A DNA stretch of 64,000 nt from Rhizophagus irregularis (taxonomy: Eukaryota), in assembly GCF_026210795.1 (NCBI RefSeq), contig NC_089431.1, positions 3,224,001 through 3,288,000 of the forward strand, written 5' to 3'. The stretch's first letter is position 1, and each line of letters begins with the position of its first letter. Positions 26,881 through 39,642 of the stretch are shown piece after piece. The notes below the pieces were generated by a model. The model was not told the DNA's origin and ran no database searches. It saw nothing but the letters and a program-made list of their open reading frames with translations. A program made the translations under genes and the position numbers.

Positions 26881-28482
26881 TCAAATGTTTTCAAAAGATT
26901 TCCCTTTAATAGCTGAATACTTTGATAAAATGTTCTTTCTAACAAAATTTTCAAAAACTTCATCATAATCTTCCTTTACTTCAATCATACCAACTAATTC
27001 CAAATGTAAAGGAATCCTTTCATTATTTTTCCACATATCCAAAAAATCCCAAAGATTATATTTAGTAATAAATAAAGGATTTTTTAAGTATAATTTAAAA
27101 AGAGGATCAGGGGATTGATCAGCCAATAATTCCATTATTTTAGTATATTTTCTTCTATTCCCCTCACCATCATCATATTCAATTTGAATTAAAGGTTCTT
27201 TAATAAATTCCAATTTTAATATTTTTAATCTATCACAATTTAGTAATAATTGTTCAAAATCTTCGTATATAGTATCTTTATAACAAATTCCAAGAAATTC
27301 TATTAAAGGACAAAATGTTGAGATAGTTTGAATATATGAATGAATATGAGTATCAGGATAAATTGAGAATTTTGAATCAATATCGATTTTTCTCAATGAA
27401 TTATTTCTTGTAGTTGAAATTAATTTTTGAAAAATGTGTAAAGGTTGAAGCCAAGGAACTGAAACATCATTATTATATTTGAGATAAAAATTTTCAAGAT
27501 TTGGTAGAAAAGAATCACTCAAAGCACGTAAAATATTTGTTGAAGATAAAACTTCATTTTCTTCCTTGTGATGCCTTATTCCGCATTCATGATTTAATTT
27601 CAAGCTAAGTGACTTTAAATGAATCAAAGATTCGAATGTATCTTTTGGTAATTTCACTTCTCCTTTAAAAGATAAATGAGTCAAAGAATTTGACTGTGAT
27701 CTTATTTCCTTAACAATATTGGTATAAATAACTCTCTCACTCATCACCATGTGAAATTCTTTTAAATTCTTTTGATTACTGATAAGATAAGCCAATCCTT
27801 CATTATCTCTATCAAATCTATCCACATTGATTTTTTGAATATTCCTACAAATTTTTGAAATATTTTTGTAAGTTGCTGTAACCAATTCCTGATCATATTT
27901 TTCTGAATTATCACAATCCAATTCAGTAATTCTTGAGAAAAACGTTTTTCCTATAACAAATAAATTAGTATCCAATTTGAACGGAACATTTTTGAATGAA
28001 ATAGGGGAAGAACAATGATATATAAACAATTTCCAAAGATCATTAATCAAAGAATGTGCATCATAATAATCATCCTTATGATGAATCCATTCTTCACTAG
28101 TAAATAATAAATGTGCCATCATTTCAATTTCTGTACTATTAAAACAACGTATATAACTAACATAATCGAATAAAGGAATTTTTAATTTTGGTAACGAATT
28201 AGCTAAAATTTTTTTAATATGTTTTTTAATTACAGTAGTATCTTTTAATAAAGAACAGGAAAGAATTATTTTACAAAGTAATTTTTTATTTTTATTATGT
28301 AAATTTGGGTTAATGAATGGATTTTTCCATAAAAATGGAGCGGCAAGTTCACACCATTGTCGATTTACTAATAAACATGAAAATAATGTTGTGTGAATTT
28401 CTTTACTTTTATGTGTATTTGTAATTATTTCAAATATTTGCCAAAGACAATCTTTGGATAGTTTTGGATTTGAAAAAGACAT
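26881..28482 (-). CDS. F-box/LRR(RNI)-like protein, 533 aa, intronless
   Basis: N-terminal LSKDCLWQIFE..LFSCLLVNRQWCELAAPFLWKNPF and FDYVSYIR, followed by LxxLxL repeats. Confidence 0.85.
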   Translation of the reverse strand: MSFSNPKLSKDCLWQIFEIITNTHKSKEIHTTLFSCLLVNRQWCELAAPFLWKNPFINPNLHNKNKKLLCKIILSCSLLKDTTVIKKHIKKILANSLPKLKIPLFDYVSYIRCFNSTEIEMMAHLLFTSEEWIHHKDDYYDAHSLINDLWKLFIYHCSSPISFKNVPFKLDTNLFVIGKTFFSRITELDCDNSEKYDQELVTATYKNISKICRNIQKINVDRFDRDNEGLAYLISNQKNLKEFHMVMSERVIYTNIVKEIRSQSNSLTHLSFKGEVKLPKDTFESLIHLKSLSLKLNHECGIRHHKEENEVLSSTNILRALSDSFLPNLENFYLKYNNDVSVPWLQPLHIFQKLISTTRNNSLRKIDIDSKFSIYPDTHIHSYIQTISTFCPLIEFLGICYKDTIYEDFEQLLLNCDRLKILKLEFIKEPLIQIEYDDGEGNRRKYTKIMELLADQSPDPLFKLYLKNPLFITKYNLWDFLDMWKNNERIPLHLELVGMIEVKEDYDEVFENFVRKNILSKYSAIKGKSFENI

Positions 28483-29083
28483 TTTTTTTATTTTATTTTA
28501 TTTTATTTTTTTTCCTAAATAGTAAAGAAGCGAAGTAAAGAAAAAGGAGAAAAGGTTAAACAAACGATGAACAATTGAAAAAAAAAATCAAATTTATCTT
28601 TTTTTTCGTAATCTGTATATATATATGTATAATAATACGAATAAATGTTTGTTCATCTGATCTGTGATGTATTCATTGCTAATTTTGCCTAATTACTATA
28701 ATAGCCAATTTGCTAGCTAGTTTTGACATTCAATGATTTTCAATCGCTGCGGTAAATTCTGGTGATCATCTTTGGCGTCATATGCCTAATTATTTGATTC
28801 TTTTCAACTGATTGATATTTTTAAAACTTATAAAAACGATATAACTTTTTCGAGTTACAATCTCCTGAATTTATAATGTTGTCAATTTCTTATTCACATG
28901 ACAATTGGATGATCGTTTTTCCGGTTGATTATTAATTATTATATAATTCCAGGGGGTAATATCATGCGATTTTAATTAAAAAAAATGCAGTGTGACTGGT
29001 TACACAATAACAATAATTAAAAATAAACAATAAAAAATATTTTTCTCGCCTTATTCAGTTTTACCGTATTTTTGAGAAAAAAA

Positions 29084-30311
29084 ATGTATAATGAATTAAA
29101 TGAACGTATGAATAAAATGTCTGTTAATGAAGAAATTATTACAAAAAGTAATGATGGTTGTAATGCTAAAAGCTTAATCGAAGATCGAATCATTCTTAAC
29201 GTTGGTGGTATCAAGGTAACGAAGAAATAAAACAATCCTTTTTGTTAAAAATTAAAAAAAACTCTTCACCTTTTTAACTTATTTTTTAAAAATAAAGTAT
29301 GAAACGTTTATATCGACATTGACAGCATATCCTGATACATTACTTGGAATAATGTTTTCGGAACGGAATAAAGATATGGTACATTCAACGAATGGAAATG
29401 AATATTTTTTTGATCGAGATGGTTATTTATTTCGATATGTTCTTCAATATTATCGAACAGGAAAAGTTCATTGGCCAGAATTTCTATCATCAAATCAAAT
29501 GGAAAATAATTCATTTGTAGATAAAGGATTAAAACAACCCGCATCGCCAATAGAAGTAGCGGGAATAATATCATTAAATAACAAAGAAGGAGGAGTAGTG
29601 GATAATTTAACTGGATTAGGAGTAGGGAATTACGTATCATTACCATTCACAAGAGAAGAATTGGAACAAGAATTATTATTTTTTTTAATTCCAACAAGAT
29701 CAGATGAAGAATTAACTGAATCCATATTACAGGAAGAATCATTAAATGTTACTACACCATTATTAACATTTGCAAATAAAGCAGTGGTAGATAATGTTAA
29801 TGGATTTTTATATTCATTAAAAGAAGTGATGTATTCTTTGGCATCATTATTCGAGAAAAAAATCATGATAACATTTTATCACGATAGACGAGCGCCAGTA
29901 TTTAAATTAATACCACCAAATCCAAACATTATTATGAACGAATTAGCGCCCTTTAACGAAAAAATGAAAACCATTTTAACACCTTATGCGGGAGTTGGAT
30001 ATACTTTATTAATGAATTTTGAAAACGAAATCGAAGCTTGGATGATTGAAGAAATTAAAGAGTTGAGATGGTTTATGGAGAAACCCAGTGGGTTACCTAA
30101 TAGATTTGTTTTATATTTGAGTTTTAATGATAAATTTTTAAAACAGCAAATTTTAAAAAATAGTTTACTATCCAAAGTTGTGAATGGAGGTAATGCAAGT
30201 CAAAATTTAAATACAAATGTAAATGAGAATACTACGACATCATCTGCTACAAATGCAATGGGAGAAAGTTCTGGAGGTGATGCAATTGCAAATTCTTCAA
30301 CAACATCATGA
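29084..30311 (+). CDS. KCTD/T1-type BTB/POZ domain protein, two exons (29084-29215, 29298-30311)
   Basis: A phase-0 intron at 29216-29297 gives DRIILNVGGIK|YETFISTLTAYPDTLLGIMF..EYFFDRDGYLFRYVLQYYRTGK. Confidence 0.92.
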
Positions 30312-30535
30312 AATAAAGTAATATGTTGCAAAGGTAAGGTGAATTTAATAAAAAATATTTCAGATTCATTTACTTTTATAATATTAAATTTATTAATATA
30401 AATCGATCTATATAAATTAATCACTAATTAATTCAAATTAATTTTTCTTTATAATAAGATAAGTTTATTAAAATCTCTTGTAAAAATAATACAAAATAAA
30501 AAAAAAAAGAAACCTATTGTTAAAAGTGATATTAT

Positions 30536-32113
30536 TTAAAATGGAAATTCTTTGATCCATTTACCTGAATCAACAGTTAAAACATCATCTTTAATAAATT
30601 TATCAATAACAACTAAATAAGGATGCAAGTCTTCTTTTTCATTATCTTTGATTTTTAAAGTTAATTTAATATTTCTTGGTTTCCATAATTCCAAAAAATA
30701 AGATAATTCATGAGGTAATAACCACCAAAGATTACTTAAATATAAATAATTTAAATTGATAGAAGACCAAGCAATTAAAGCATCTAATAATGATTTAGTT
30801 TGCAATTCCCTTTCCATATTATAATCATAATTTTCATCATTTTGTACTTTTAAGAAATCAAATTCAATAGAATTTAAATATTCAGCACTAATTAATAATT
30901 GTTTAAAATCATTCAGTAAATCACTAATATACCAAATTTTTAAATGATTAATTAAAGGACAATGATTAATTATTGATTGAATGAATAATTGTAATCCAAT
31001 TATCTTTGAGGGAGGTCTTGTAGCATTAATTATTTCAAATTTCCGAAGCAAACCTTTTGTAGTTGAAATTAGTTTTGAAAAACAATCTAAAGAAATTTCA
31101 AAGGAATAATAATTTAAGTGAATAACAAAAAATTCCAACTTTGGCAAAACAGTTAAATTTAATAGACAATTAATATTGCTATATGTAGCAAATTTAATGT
31201 GTAATTGCTTTAAATTATGTAAAGAAGAGAGAAATGAATTTTGTGAAGAAAAATAAAAGTTTCCTTTGAATGATAATATTTCAAGTGAATTAGATTTAGT
31301 TGATAATGCCTGATTAATAAATCTTAAATTTTCTACATGTTGATTTGTAAATAAATGTATCTCTTCTAAATTATTCTGCGCTTTAATTAAAGTAGCCAAA
31401 CCTCTGTCATCTTTATCTAAAGGATTAATCCTAATTTTTGTTAAATTATGACAAATATTAGCCAATCCAATAAAATTTTTATTTATAGATTGATTCATTT
31501 CATTTCCAACTACACATTCCAATTCATTTAACCATCTTAAACATTGTTGAGATCCAGGTAATATACTAATATTAATATTTTGAGGTAATTTAAGATATTC
31601 AATATTATTACATTTTTTCATAAATAATCTCCAAATTTCTTCAAATAAAATATAACCAATATTTTCTTCGTGTTTTTTATCAAAAATAACATTTAATTCT
31701 CGTTTATTTTCAATTAGCATTCTAGTCACATTTTCAATATCTAGACAATTAATATGTCTACAATAACTTACATAATCAAATATTGGATCTTTCATGGGGT
31801 TTTCAAAAGAAATTAATCCAAAAATATCGGTCAAATTTTTGTCCTGTTGTTGTTCACGATGATATTGTAACAAACATGATAAAATTGTTCTCGCGATAGA
31901 AAGTTTTTTATTATAATTGTTTTTTGATTTATTTGAATTTGGATTCCACGGATTTCTCCATAATATTGGTATAGCATTTTGAAAAAATAATTTATTTACT
32001 AATATACATGAGTAAAGGTTTTTATGCGTTATATGAAGATATTCTGATGAATCAACGATATATTCAAATATTCGTCTTAAACAATCCGGGTATAATTGAA
32101 TTCGTGAATTCAT
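30536..32113 (-). CDS. F-box/LRR(RNI)-like protein, 525 aa, intronless; paralogue of 26881-28482
   Basis: LYPDCLRRIFE..LYSCILVNKLFFQNAIPILWRNPW and FDYVSYCR. Motifs shared with the paralogue include GLA.LI..Q.NL, SNSL..LSFKG and KLISTT. Confidence 0.85.
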   Translation of the reverse strand: MNSRIQLYPDCLRRIFEYIVDSSEYLHITHKNLYSCILVNKLFFQNAIPILWRNPWNPNSNKSKNNYNKKLSIARTILSCLLQYHREQQQDKNLTDIFGLISFENPMKDPIFDYVSYCRHINCLDIENVTRMLIENKRELNVIFDKKHEENIGYILFEEIWRLFMKKCNNIEYLKLPQNINISILPGSQQCLRWLNELECVVGNEMNQSINKNFIGLANICHNLTKIRINPLDKDDRGLATLIKAQNNLEEIHLFTNQHVENLRFINQALSTKSNSLEILSFKGNFYFSSQNSFLSSLHNLKQLHIKFATYSNINCLLNLTVLPKLEFFVIHLNYYSFEISLDCFSKLISTTKGLLRKFEIINATRPPSKIIGLQLFIQSIINHCPLINHLKIWYISDLLNDFKQLLISAEYLNSIEFDFLKVQNDENYDYNMERELQTKSLLDALIAWSSINLNYLYLSNLWWLLPHELSYFLELWKPRNIKLTLKIKDNEKEDLHPYLVVIDKFIKDDVLTVDSGKWIKEFPF

Positions 32114-32359
32114 AGTAAGAAATTTTTTTAAAATTTTTTTTTTTTACAATTTCTTGGAGAGAGAGGGAGAGGGAGAGAAAAAATGCCCACAATTGTTAAC
32201 GAAAGATAAAATAAATGATGATTTATTGTAATTTACGGATGTGTAAGATTTCACGTTTTTTGGGACTTTTAATAATGAAAAAGTATTCTGTTTGTATTAC
32301 AATGTGTTTGTAATTCTGCAACGTGTCACTGAATAACCCACGCGGTAAAACCGCAGTAA

Positions 32360-33200
32360 AAGTATTAGAAAATCGGCGCAAGACGAAAAAATGATTTGAT
32401 GATAGATAATATCGTGACATAATATTTGGACACTATTTATTTTCCACAATGTATATGTTAACTTTGTTTAAATTAATTATCAAAAAGCGACCATACTCTC
32501 TATGTTTCAATGAATATATTGAAATAACCAAACTAGGAGAACTTTATCGAACCCCGATATAACAATCGATTCCAATTTAGGTATGACGCAAGATGAAAAA
32601 TGATTTAATAACAGATAATATGACAAATGCACTATCCTATTTTTTTCACAATGCATATATTAACTTTGTTTAAACTCTATCTCTATGAAGTAACTAAATT
32701 AGGAATCGGACCAATATAATAATTTAGGTATGGTTCTTTTTTATAATTGTAGAAAATCGACGCAAGAAGTTTAATTATAACAAGTGCACTATCCAATTCA
32801 TTTTGTATAATAATATTTTGGACACTATTCATTTTTACAATGCATACATTAACTTTAATTATTAAAGGCGATCATAACTCTCTATGTCTATTGAAGTAAC
32901 CAAATTATGTCGAACCGAACAATCGATTCCAATTTAGGTATGATTCGACGCAAGATTTTAAATTATGACAAATGCACTATTTGTATAATATTATTTTGGA
33001 CACTATTTATTTTTTACAATGCATAGATTAACTTTGTTTAAATTAGTTATTAGAATTTTTTTTTTTTTAATATCCGAAATACATTTCAAGTCCAGAGAGA
33101 CCCTAAAAAAAACGCCTAAAAGAAAAAAAAACGAACTTTCTATCTCTATGAAGTAACCAAACCAGGAGATCTTAATCGGACCAATATAATAATCGATCCT
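32360..33200. repeat. Degenerate tandem repeat, ~4 units of ~180-200 bp
   Basis: Recurring blocks GACGCAAGA, GGACACTATT, CAATGCATA..TTAACTTTGTTTAAA, CTCTATG..GAAGTAACCAAA and ATCGATTCCAATTTAGGTATG. Confidence 0.75.
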
Positions 33201-33380
33201 TTAAGAGATTGGGAAATTGACGATAATGTTCGTCTTATTGTTAAATTTTAGGGTATATGATAATATGAGCAATATGGGCAATATCGAACTTTATGACAAC
33301 TGACAACTAAAACTTCTAGTATCGAAATTGTCATTGGAAAGTTTCTTGCCCACTGCGATTTTTAATATATATGATAATTA

Positions 33381-33431
33381 TCGTATAAAATACCCCGGGT
33401 ATAAATAAACTTACCGGGGTATTTTATACGA
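33381..33431. repeat. Short hairpin/inverted repeat
   Basis: TCGTATAAAATACCCCGG ... CCGGGGTATTTTATACGA, 18-bp perfect arms. Confidence 0.8.
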
Positions 33432-34351
33432 AAAATGGCCTAATTCTCAGAATTAAATTTTTTAACCACCCTGGTGTGTTATAACGGGATACGCCGGGGT
33501 CTTTTAATCAGTACTACACGGTGTTTAAATTCCTTATTTTCATTAATTCATTAATATACGGCCGAGGAATTCGGTAAACTCAAATAGAATAATCTCGATC
33601 TCATATTCGGCCGGTTTGAAAGACAAACTTCGCCATCGGTATAGTTTTTCCGAACCGTGTTAATTTTGTCAATCACGTCAATCATGTCAATCATGTCAAT
33701 TAAGTTAATTTTATATGACGTACATAATTATTTTTAGGTTATCGACCGAATTAATGTTGTTGATTCTGCAGTACATCACCTTGCAGATGGATTTTTCTTA
33801 ATTCTTATTGGTTAATGTTAAATTGATAAAATATAAAACGGATTTTATTTTATTTTTTTTAAAAAATTTTTTTTTTTTTTTTTTCTGAAAGAAACACTGC
33901 AGATAATTTTGTTATATAAATAAACGCGTATTATTTATAAAAAAAAAAGAAAATTGAAATAACCGTGTGACGGAGTTGTAAAACATTTGCCGTAAGGTTG
34001 TTTGACTAGGATGTTTCCAAGAAAGAGCTAATTGAACAAAAAATTTTTTTTCTTCAACTATGAACCTTTAAGAGGGCTTAAATGCTTTCTATATGTAAAT
34101 TATAGAAATGATTGCCTTTTTTTATTATGATCTGTTAAATGCGTTCAATTACTCATTGAGTCATTGAATCAATTACGTATTTCTCGCGTCATATATAATA
34201 AAATAGGGTATATCATCATCTCGCAACAAAGTCCATCCGGTTTTTTTTTTCTTATTGTGATTTTAAGATTTGATTATCTGTTTTTTTAATCAACGAAAAA
34301 AAGATTTATTATCAATATTTGGTTAGTAAATAACTCCATAATTATTTTATA

Positions 34352-35677
34352 ATGGAAGGAAGAATAAAGTTTATTTATTTTGTTCCCGAAAATGATAAAC
34401 TAGGCATTGAAAATTTATATATATTCTGCGACTAGATAATTGCCTAACCATTCCAATCTTCACTGATTAAACTAAATAATACTTCGGTAAGTGAATGATT
34501 TAACTTTTTGCATATTATTTTCAAAAAATAACCTATACATTTTATACATTCCTTGAATTACAAACAGCCTGTATGGGAAGTATGGATTACTCTTCCACTG
34601 AAGTTTTCGGCACTGAATTAACGGAGATAGAAAATAAACCTTGGTTTTCATCTCTCTTTTATTTAGACCAATGTATTCCTACAACTTCTTGTATCATGGG
34701 AAGTATGGATTACTCCTCCACTGAAGTTTTCGGAATTTTGTATCAAGTTGGCACTGAATTAACGGAGATAGAAAATAAACCTTGGTTTTCATCTCTCTTT
34801 TATTTGGACAAATATATTCCTACAACTTCTTATATCAATCTGGTTATTAATGATGAAATTAGACCTACGTTTTTATATTTTCACGGTGAAGTAGAAATTT
34901 ATAAATTGTATTCAGTGTTTGCTTGCCTTCTACCAAACGAGTACATAAAGAATAGTACATTAAGCATTAAGAATGCCAGTGGTTTGGAAGTTGGATCGTG
35001 GAAAATATATGAGAATAATATTATCGACAATTATGGTTGGTATATAACAATCATTTTGCTACCTCTTTTACTTTTTTATATTAATTTTTCTTAATTCACT
35101 TAGATGTATCATGTGAATCAGTTGCACAGTCATTATCGTCATCCACAACACCAATATCGGCAACCACTCTTTTTTATCCTTCACCTCTTTCGGAAGCATC
35201 GACATCTCCAACAGCGTCACCAGATCCAAATACCGCATTGTTTTGTATTAATTGTGGAGTAAAAGAAACACCTTTATGGAGAAGAAAAAGAATGGAAAGA
35301 TATTGCAATGCGTGTTGTCTATAGTAAGTGTGTTAATAATGTTTACTTAATTGCAATTTCATTTAAAAAAATTAATATATTAATATGAATTTCGCTTGGA
35401 TTTCTTATTTAGTTTGAAAAGAAACGGAATCCATAGGAAATTGAATGGTAATAAAGTGCTTAGAAAAAAGAGGAAGAAAAAAAACCACTCTTGTGCAGAA
35501 TGTAATACAAATTATTCACCTATATGGAGACATTTTGACGATAAGATCTATTGTAATAAACACGGACTTGCAAAAAAAAAAGATTATTCCCTACCTATTA
35601 TAATAAAAACAATAAACACGGACTTGCAAAAAAAAAAGACAAACCCGATTATTCCCTACTTATCAATAAAAATTTAA
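34352..35677 (+). pseudogene. GATA-type zinc-finger gene with two fingers, probably pseudogenised
   Basis: Finger 1 CINCGVKETPLWRR..CNAC (~35244-35315), an intron, LKRNGIHR, then finger 2 CAECNTNYSPIWR..CNKH. The putative first exon from ATG 34352 hits TAG at ~34433. Internal in-frame duplication at 34573-34830. Confidence 0.6.
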
Positions 35678-36605
35678 AAAATTTAAAAAATTTTTAAATT
35701 TCTTCACACACATTTCTTTTCTTTCTTATTTTATATATATAATTTTTATATTCTATTATTAACAAATTTATATATGTTATATATGTTATATATGTATATA
35801 CAGTATATAAAGTTATCAATTATTTTATAATATATTCAAATTCGTTTATTGGCAAATATAAATATAACAAAATCATTTCTTTTATATCTTAAGCATATAT
35901 AAGCATATAAATTTTTATCTAAGACATCAAAATATCTTACTTTAAAATATGTTGATTTCAATATTAAGTTTAATATAAGATTTAAGAAAATTCTGATAAT
36001 TTAAAAAACTATTACGGTAAAACACAAACTCACTACTCACTAAGTCAATACCAATTAAACTCGAGAAATTTACATACAGTAAATTTATTATTTTATTTTA
36101 CTATTCACTTTTATCTTATGACTGACTCTATATAATATTGAGGTATCACCCGATTCTAACATATGTACCATATGTACATTAAAATTATTAAAATTTTATT
36201 TAATAAATATTTATTTCATGCACTGTAACGTATATCTGATATTGAAAAAATCGAAGTGCGTAAATAAACAACAATAAAAACAATTCAAATATTAGCCAAT
36301 ATATCTAACATATCAATAAATATGTCTAAAATTGTACTTCTGTACTTTCCAGCCCAAAATACAAATTATATCCACACTCGCGGCATTATTCTGTCTTGCG
36401 GAATATATCCAATAATCAATTTTATTCGCTTTTTTCTTTCAAAGTCTATATAATTTGTTTTAAATATTGTATATCTAAATATTGTTGTTTTACCATTTAA
36501 ATGAATCCTTTGAGGATATCTTTAACGGAATGATAAATCAATTTACATGGAAAAATTTCTTTAAATAAAAATATCCCAAATAAAAAAAGGGGGAGGAGAG
36601 GGGAT

Positions 36606-36905
36606 TTATAATGAAGAGTTTTCTAAACTTAAATTTGAATACCCAAATTTATTCTCGCTTTTAAATATCTTATTTTTAAACCAATAAAATCCGCAACATT
36701 CATAAAAGAAAATAAATCCATCATAAAATACCACTTTATTTTCATTATAAATACTATAAGCGCATAATAATGTTAAAAGAAATACACTAGAGAGAATTAT
36801 TATAATTAAAATACAATGAGTTTTACATTGTTTTTCTTCTTGCAAATTATAATACCAAAATGATTCGTATTCATCATCCGTTGAAGATGTAGTTTGTAAA
36901 AACAT
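36606..36905 (-). CDS. Small single-pass membrane protein, 99 aa (hypothetical)
   Basis: ATG-initiated ORF with an acidic N-terminus and one ~25-aa hydrophobic segment (CILIIIILSSVFLLTLLCAY). No family recognised. Confidence 0.4.
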   Translation of the reverse strand: MFLQTTSSTDDEYESFWYYNLQEEKQCKTHCILIIIILSSVFLLTLLCAYSIYNENKVVFYDGFIFFYECCGFYWFKNKIFKSENKFGYSNLSLENSSL

Positions 36906-37204
36906 TATTTTTAATGTGAAGATAATTTAATATTTATACGTTTGAAAGAAATAAAAAAATTTTATCTGAAATCAATTAATCGGATTACCCAAAACTTTAA
37001 TAGGCTGTGTCGAACTATCAAAGCCACTTAAGGGAGCCAACCAATCAATAGCACCAAAAAATGTATTAAATAGCTAGCTTAAAACATAATTTTATCCATT
37101 TTCTTACTGGGAGAAACTTGTAAAAAAGTATATGAAAAGATTAAAAAAATGTGTATAATGTGTATTAATATAAATAAGTTGATAGAAAACTAGTACAGGA
37201 CTTC

Positions 37205-39493
37205 TTAGTCTTGAATTAAATCACCAAACCAATAATCATTAGAGGGTCTTTTTCTTTTATCACCTAAAATTTCTTCAGATACTTTAGCTATTCTTAAAAG
37301 AGTGGCTTCATCGAACCATTTTGCAACAAATTGTAATCCAATAGGTAAATTATTATCATCATAACCTGCTGGTACCGATACTGCTGGTATACCGGAAAAA
37401 TTAGCGAAAGTAACATACATCATTACTTCTGATACTGTTTTTAAATCTGCTTCTCCATATTTTAATGAATTCGGATAAATTTTTGGTGCTGTAATTGCCG
37501 TACTTGGAGTTAAAATTAAATTTACTTGTTTATTAAATAGATTTGAAAGACTGCGCATTAAACGTGTACGTAATTGTTGCGAGATAACTAAATATTCAAA
37601 GGATTAACATTTTATCGCTTTCAAAAAGAAAAATTTAAAGGCAAAAGAAAACTTACTGTAATCCTAGAAAGAAAGATTGGATGATTTTTTTTAGTAAGCG
37701 AATACATGAAAAGTGAGTTTTGCAAATTTTACAAATAATAACTTACCGATGCTGTTGCAAAATGAAATAAACTCATATTTAATCTACTTTCACAATTATA
37801 TTTATGAAAATTTTCTTTATACTTTTTAGCAAACGTAGATATTTCCGAGCCAATAGTAAGTAAATGAGCTATACTTGCTTCTTCTAATTCGGGTATATCA
37901 ATTTCAACAAAGTTTGCTCCAAGTAGCTTTAACTTTTCAATAAAATTATTTAACGCTAGAGTTATGGTCGGATTATAAACTTGTTTATTCCATGCTGTAT
38001 ATATTCCAATTTTCAAATCTGATAAGTCTTTAGTGTTATATAGACCAGATAATGTCGGTTTGGGTTGGTAATAAGTATTGGGATCTTCTTCATCTTTTCC
38101 TGCCATCACATAATACGCTAATGCTAAATCATTTGCGCTTGCTGTCATAGGACCTGACACTGCTACCGTGGGGGCAAGTGGAACTAAATAAACATAAAAG
38201 TATAAATTATTAATTTACGTTTCAGAACCTTTTTAAAGTTACTTTTACATACGTTCTCCTTTTGAAGAAAATCTTCCAAACGTGGTTTTTAATCCGTAAA
38301 TACCACAAAAAGCAGAAGGAATTCTAATCGAACCACCACCATCACAACCAATCGCGATTGGACATAGCCCTGAAGCAACTGCAGAAGCACTACCGCTACT
38401 CGATCCACCAGTATAATGATCGATGTTATAAGGATTACGAGACGTGCACACACTTGGATTATTGCCTGTAATACTATTAAAAAGATGGATGAATTAATGA
38501 ATAGATGAATAGATGAATTAAACAAAAAATATATATATACAAATATTTTATGAATCTTACCCGATTCCAATTTCGTGCATAGAAGTTTTCCCGATAATAA
38601 TTGCACCTTTCTCTCTGAGCCTTTCAATAACAGTGGCATCCGTTTTAGCAATAAACCCTCGATTGATAAATGACGTACCAACATTTGTTTCGTATCCTTC
38701 CACATCTAATTCATCTTTAATTGCTATGGGTACTCCATCAAGTGGCCCTAAAGAACAATTATTTGCATATCGAGTAGTTGACGCAGTTGCTTGTTTTATA
38801 ATATCTTCTCGTTCGTATTTTATAATTGCGTTTAGAGATGGATTGCACTTAAGTGATCCTTCTAATTTTCCAATAAGAATTTCGCATATCTTTCATTTGA
38901 AAAAAAAAATTTAAAATTTATATGTGTATGTATAAATATTTTTTTTTTAAAAAAAATTGTTTTTACTTGAAGAGGGGTTGCCTTTTTTGTAAGATATGCT
39001 TTACGAAAATCACTTGAACACAAAAATCCAGAAGAATAATTTTGCTGTGCACTCTCATTTTCTTCGAAAATTTCCAATCCTTCTACCTTCTTTTTAAATT
39101 AAATCAAAAAAAAAAAAAATTTTATCATAAAAAAAAAAAACTTTGCAATATACTAATGATTAACATTTTAGGGTAGGATACTTTAGTTTCTTCAATTCCA
39201 AAATATTCTTTTGGTAGAGGAAGTGGAAAATTAGTAGGACATTCATCAAGATTAAGTTTTCTCAAAGCAGAAATTCTATCCCAAAATAAAAATGATGCAA
39301 GTCCTGGAACGTAATCTAATAAAAATATAAAAATTCGTAATGAAAAGCCGTTTATATACGGTCCTATCATTCGTTTGATAATCTAAAATAATATTTAAAG
39401 GAACACATTAATTTATTTATAATTTATAATATCAAAATAACTTAATATTAATTATATTTTATTTACCTCAGGGTTTTCATTTTCTGAAGGCAT
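37205..39493 (-). CDS. Amidase-signature enzyme (fatty-acid amide hydrolase-like), multi-exon
   Basis: Exon 1 MPSENENPE (39493-39467) splices to [12 protein letters not shown]. Catalytic motifs [19 protein letters not shown] and [21 protein letters not shown]-terminal [21 protein letters not shown]. Confidence 0.92.
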
Positions 39494-39586
39494 TTTTTCT
39501 CAATCAAAAATTAATATTGTGCATCTTTTTTATAATTATTTAAATTGGAAATCTATAACCAAAAAAAAAAAATTATTGTGTGAATT

Positions 39587-39642
39587 ATCCATGTGAAGTT
39601 CATTCCGATGAATCATCCATGTGAAGTTCATTCCGATGAATA
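39587..39642. repeat. Direct tandem duplication of ATCCATGTGAAGTTCATTCCGATGAAT upstream of the amidase
   Basis: Two exact adjacent copies. Confidence 0.85.
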
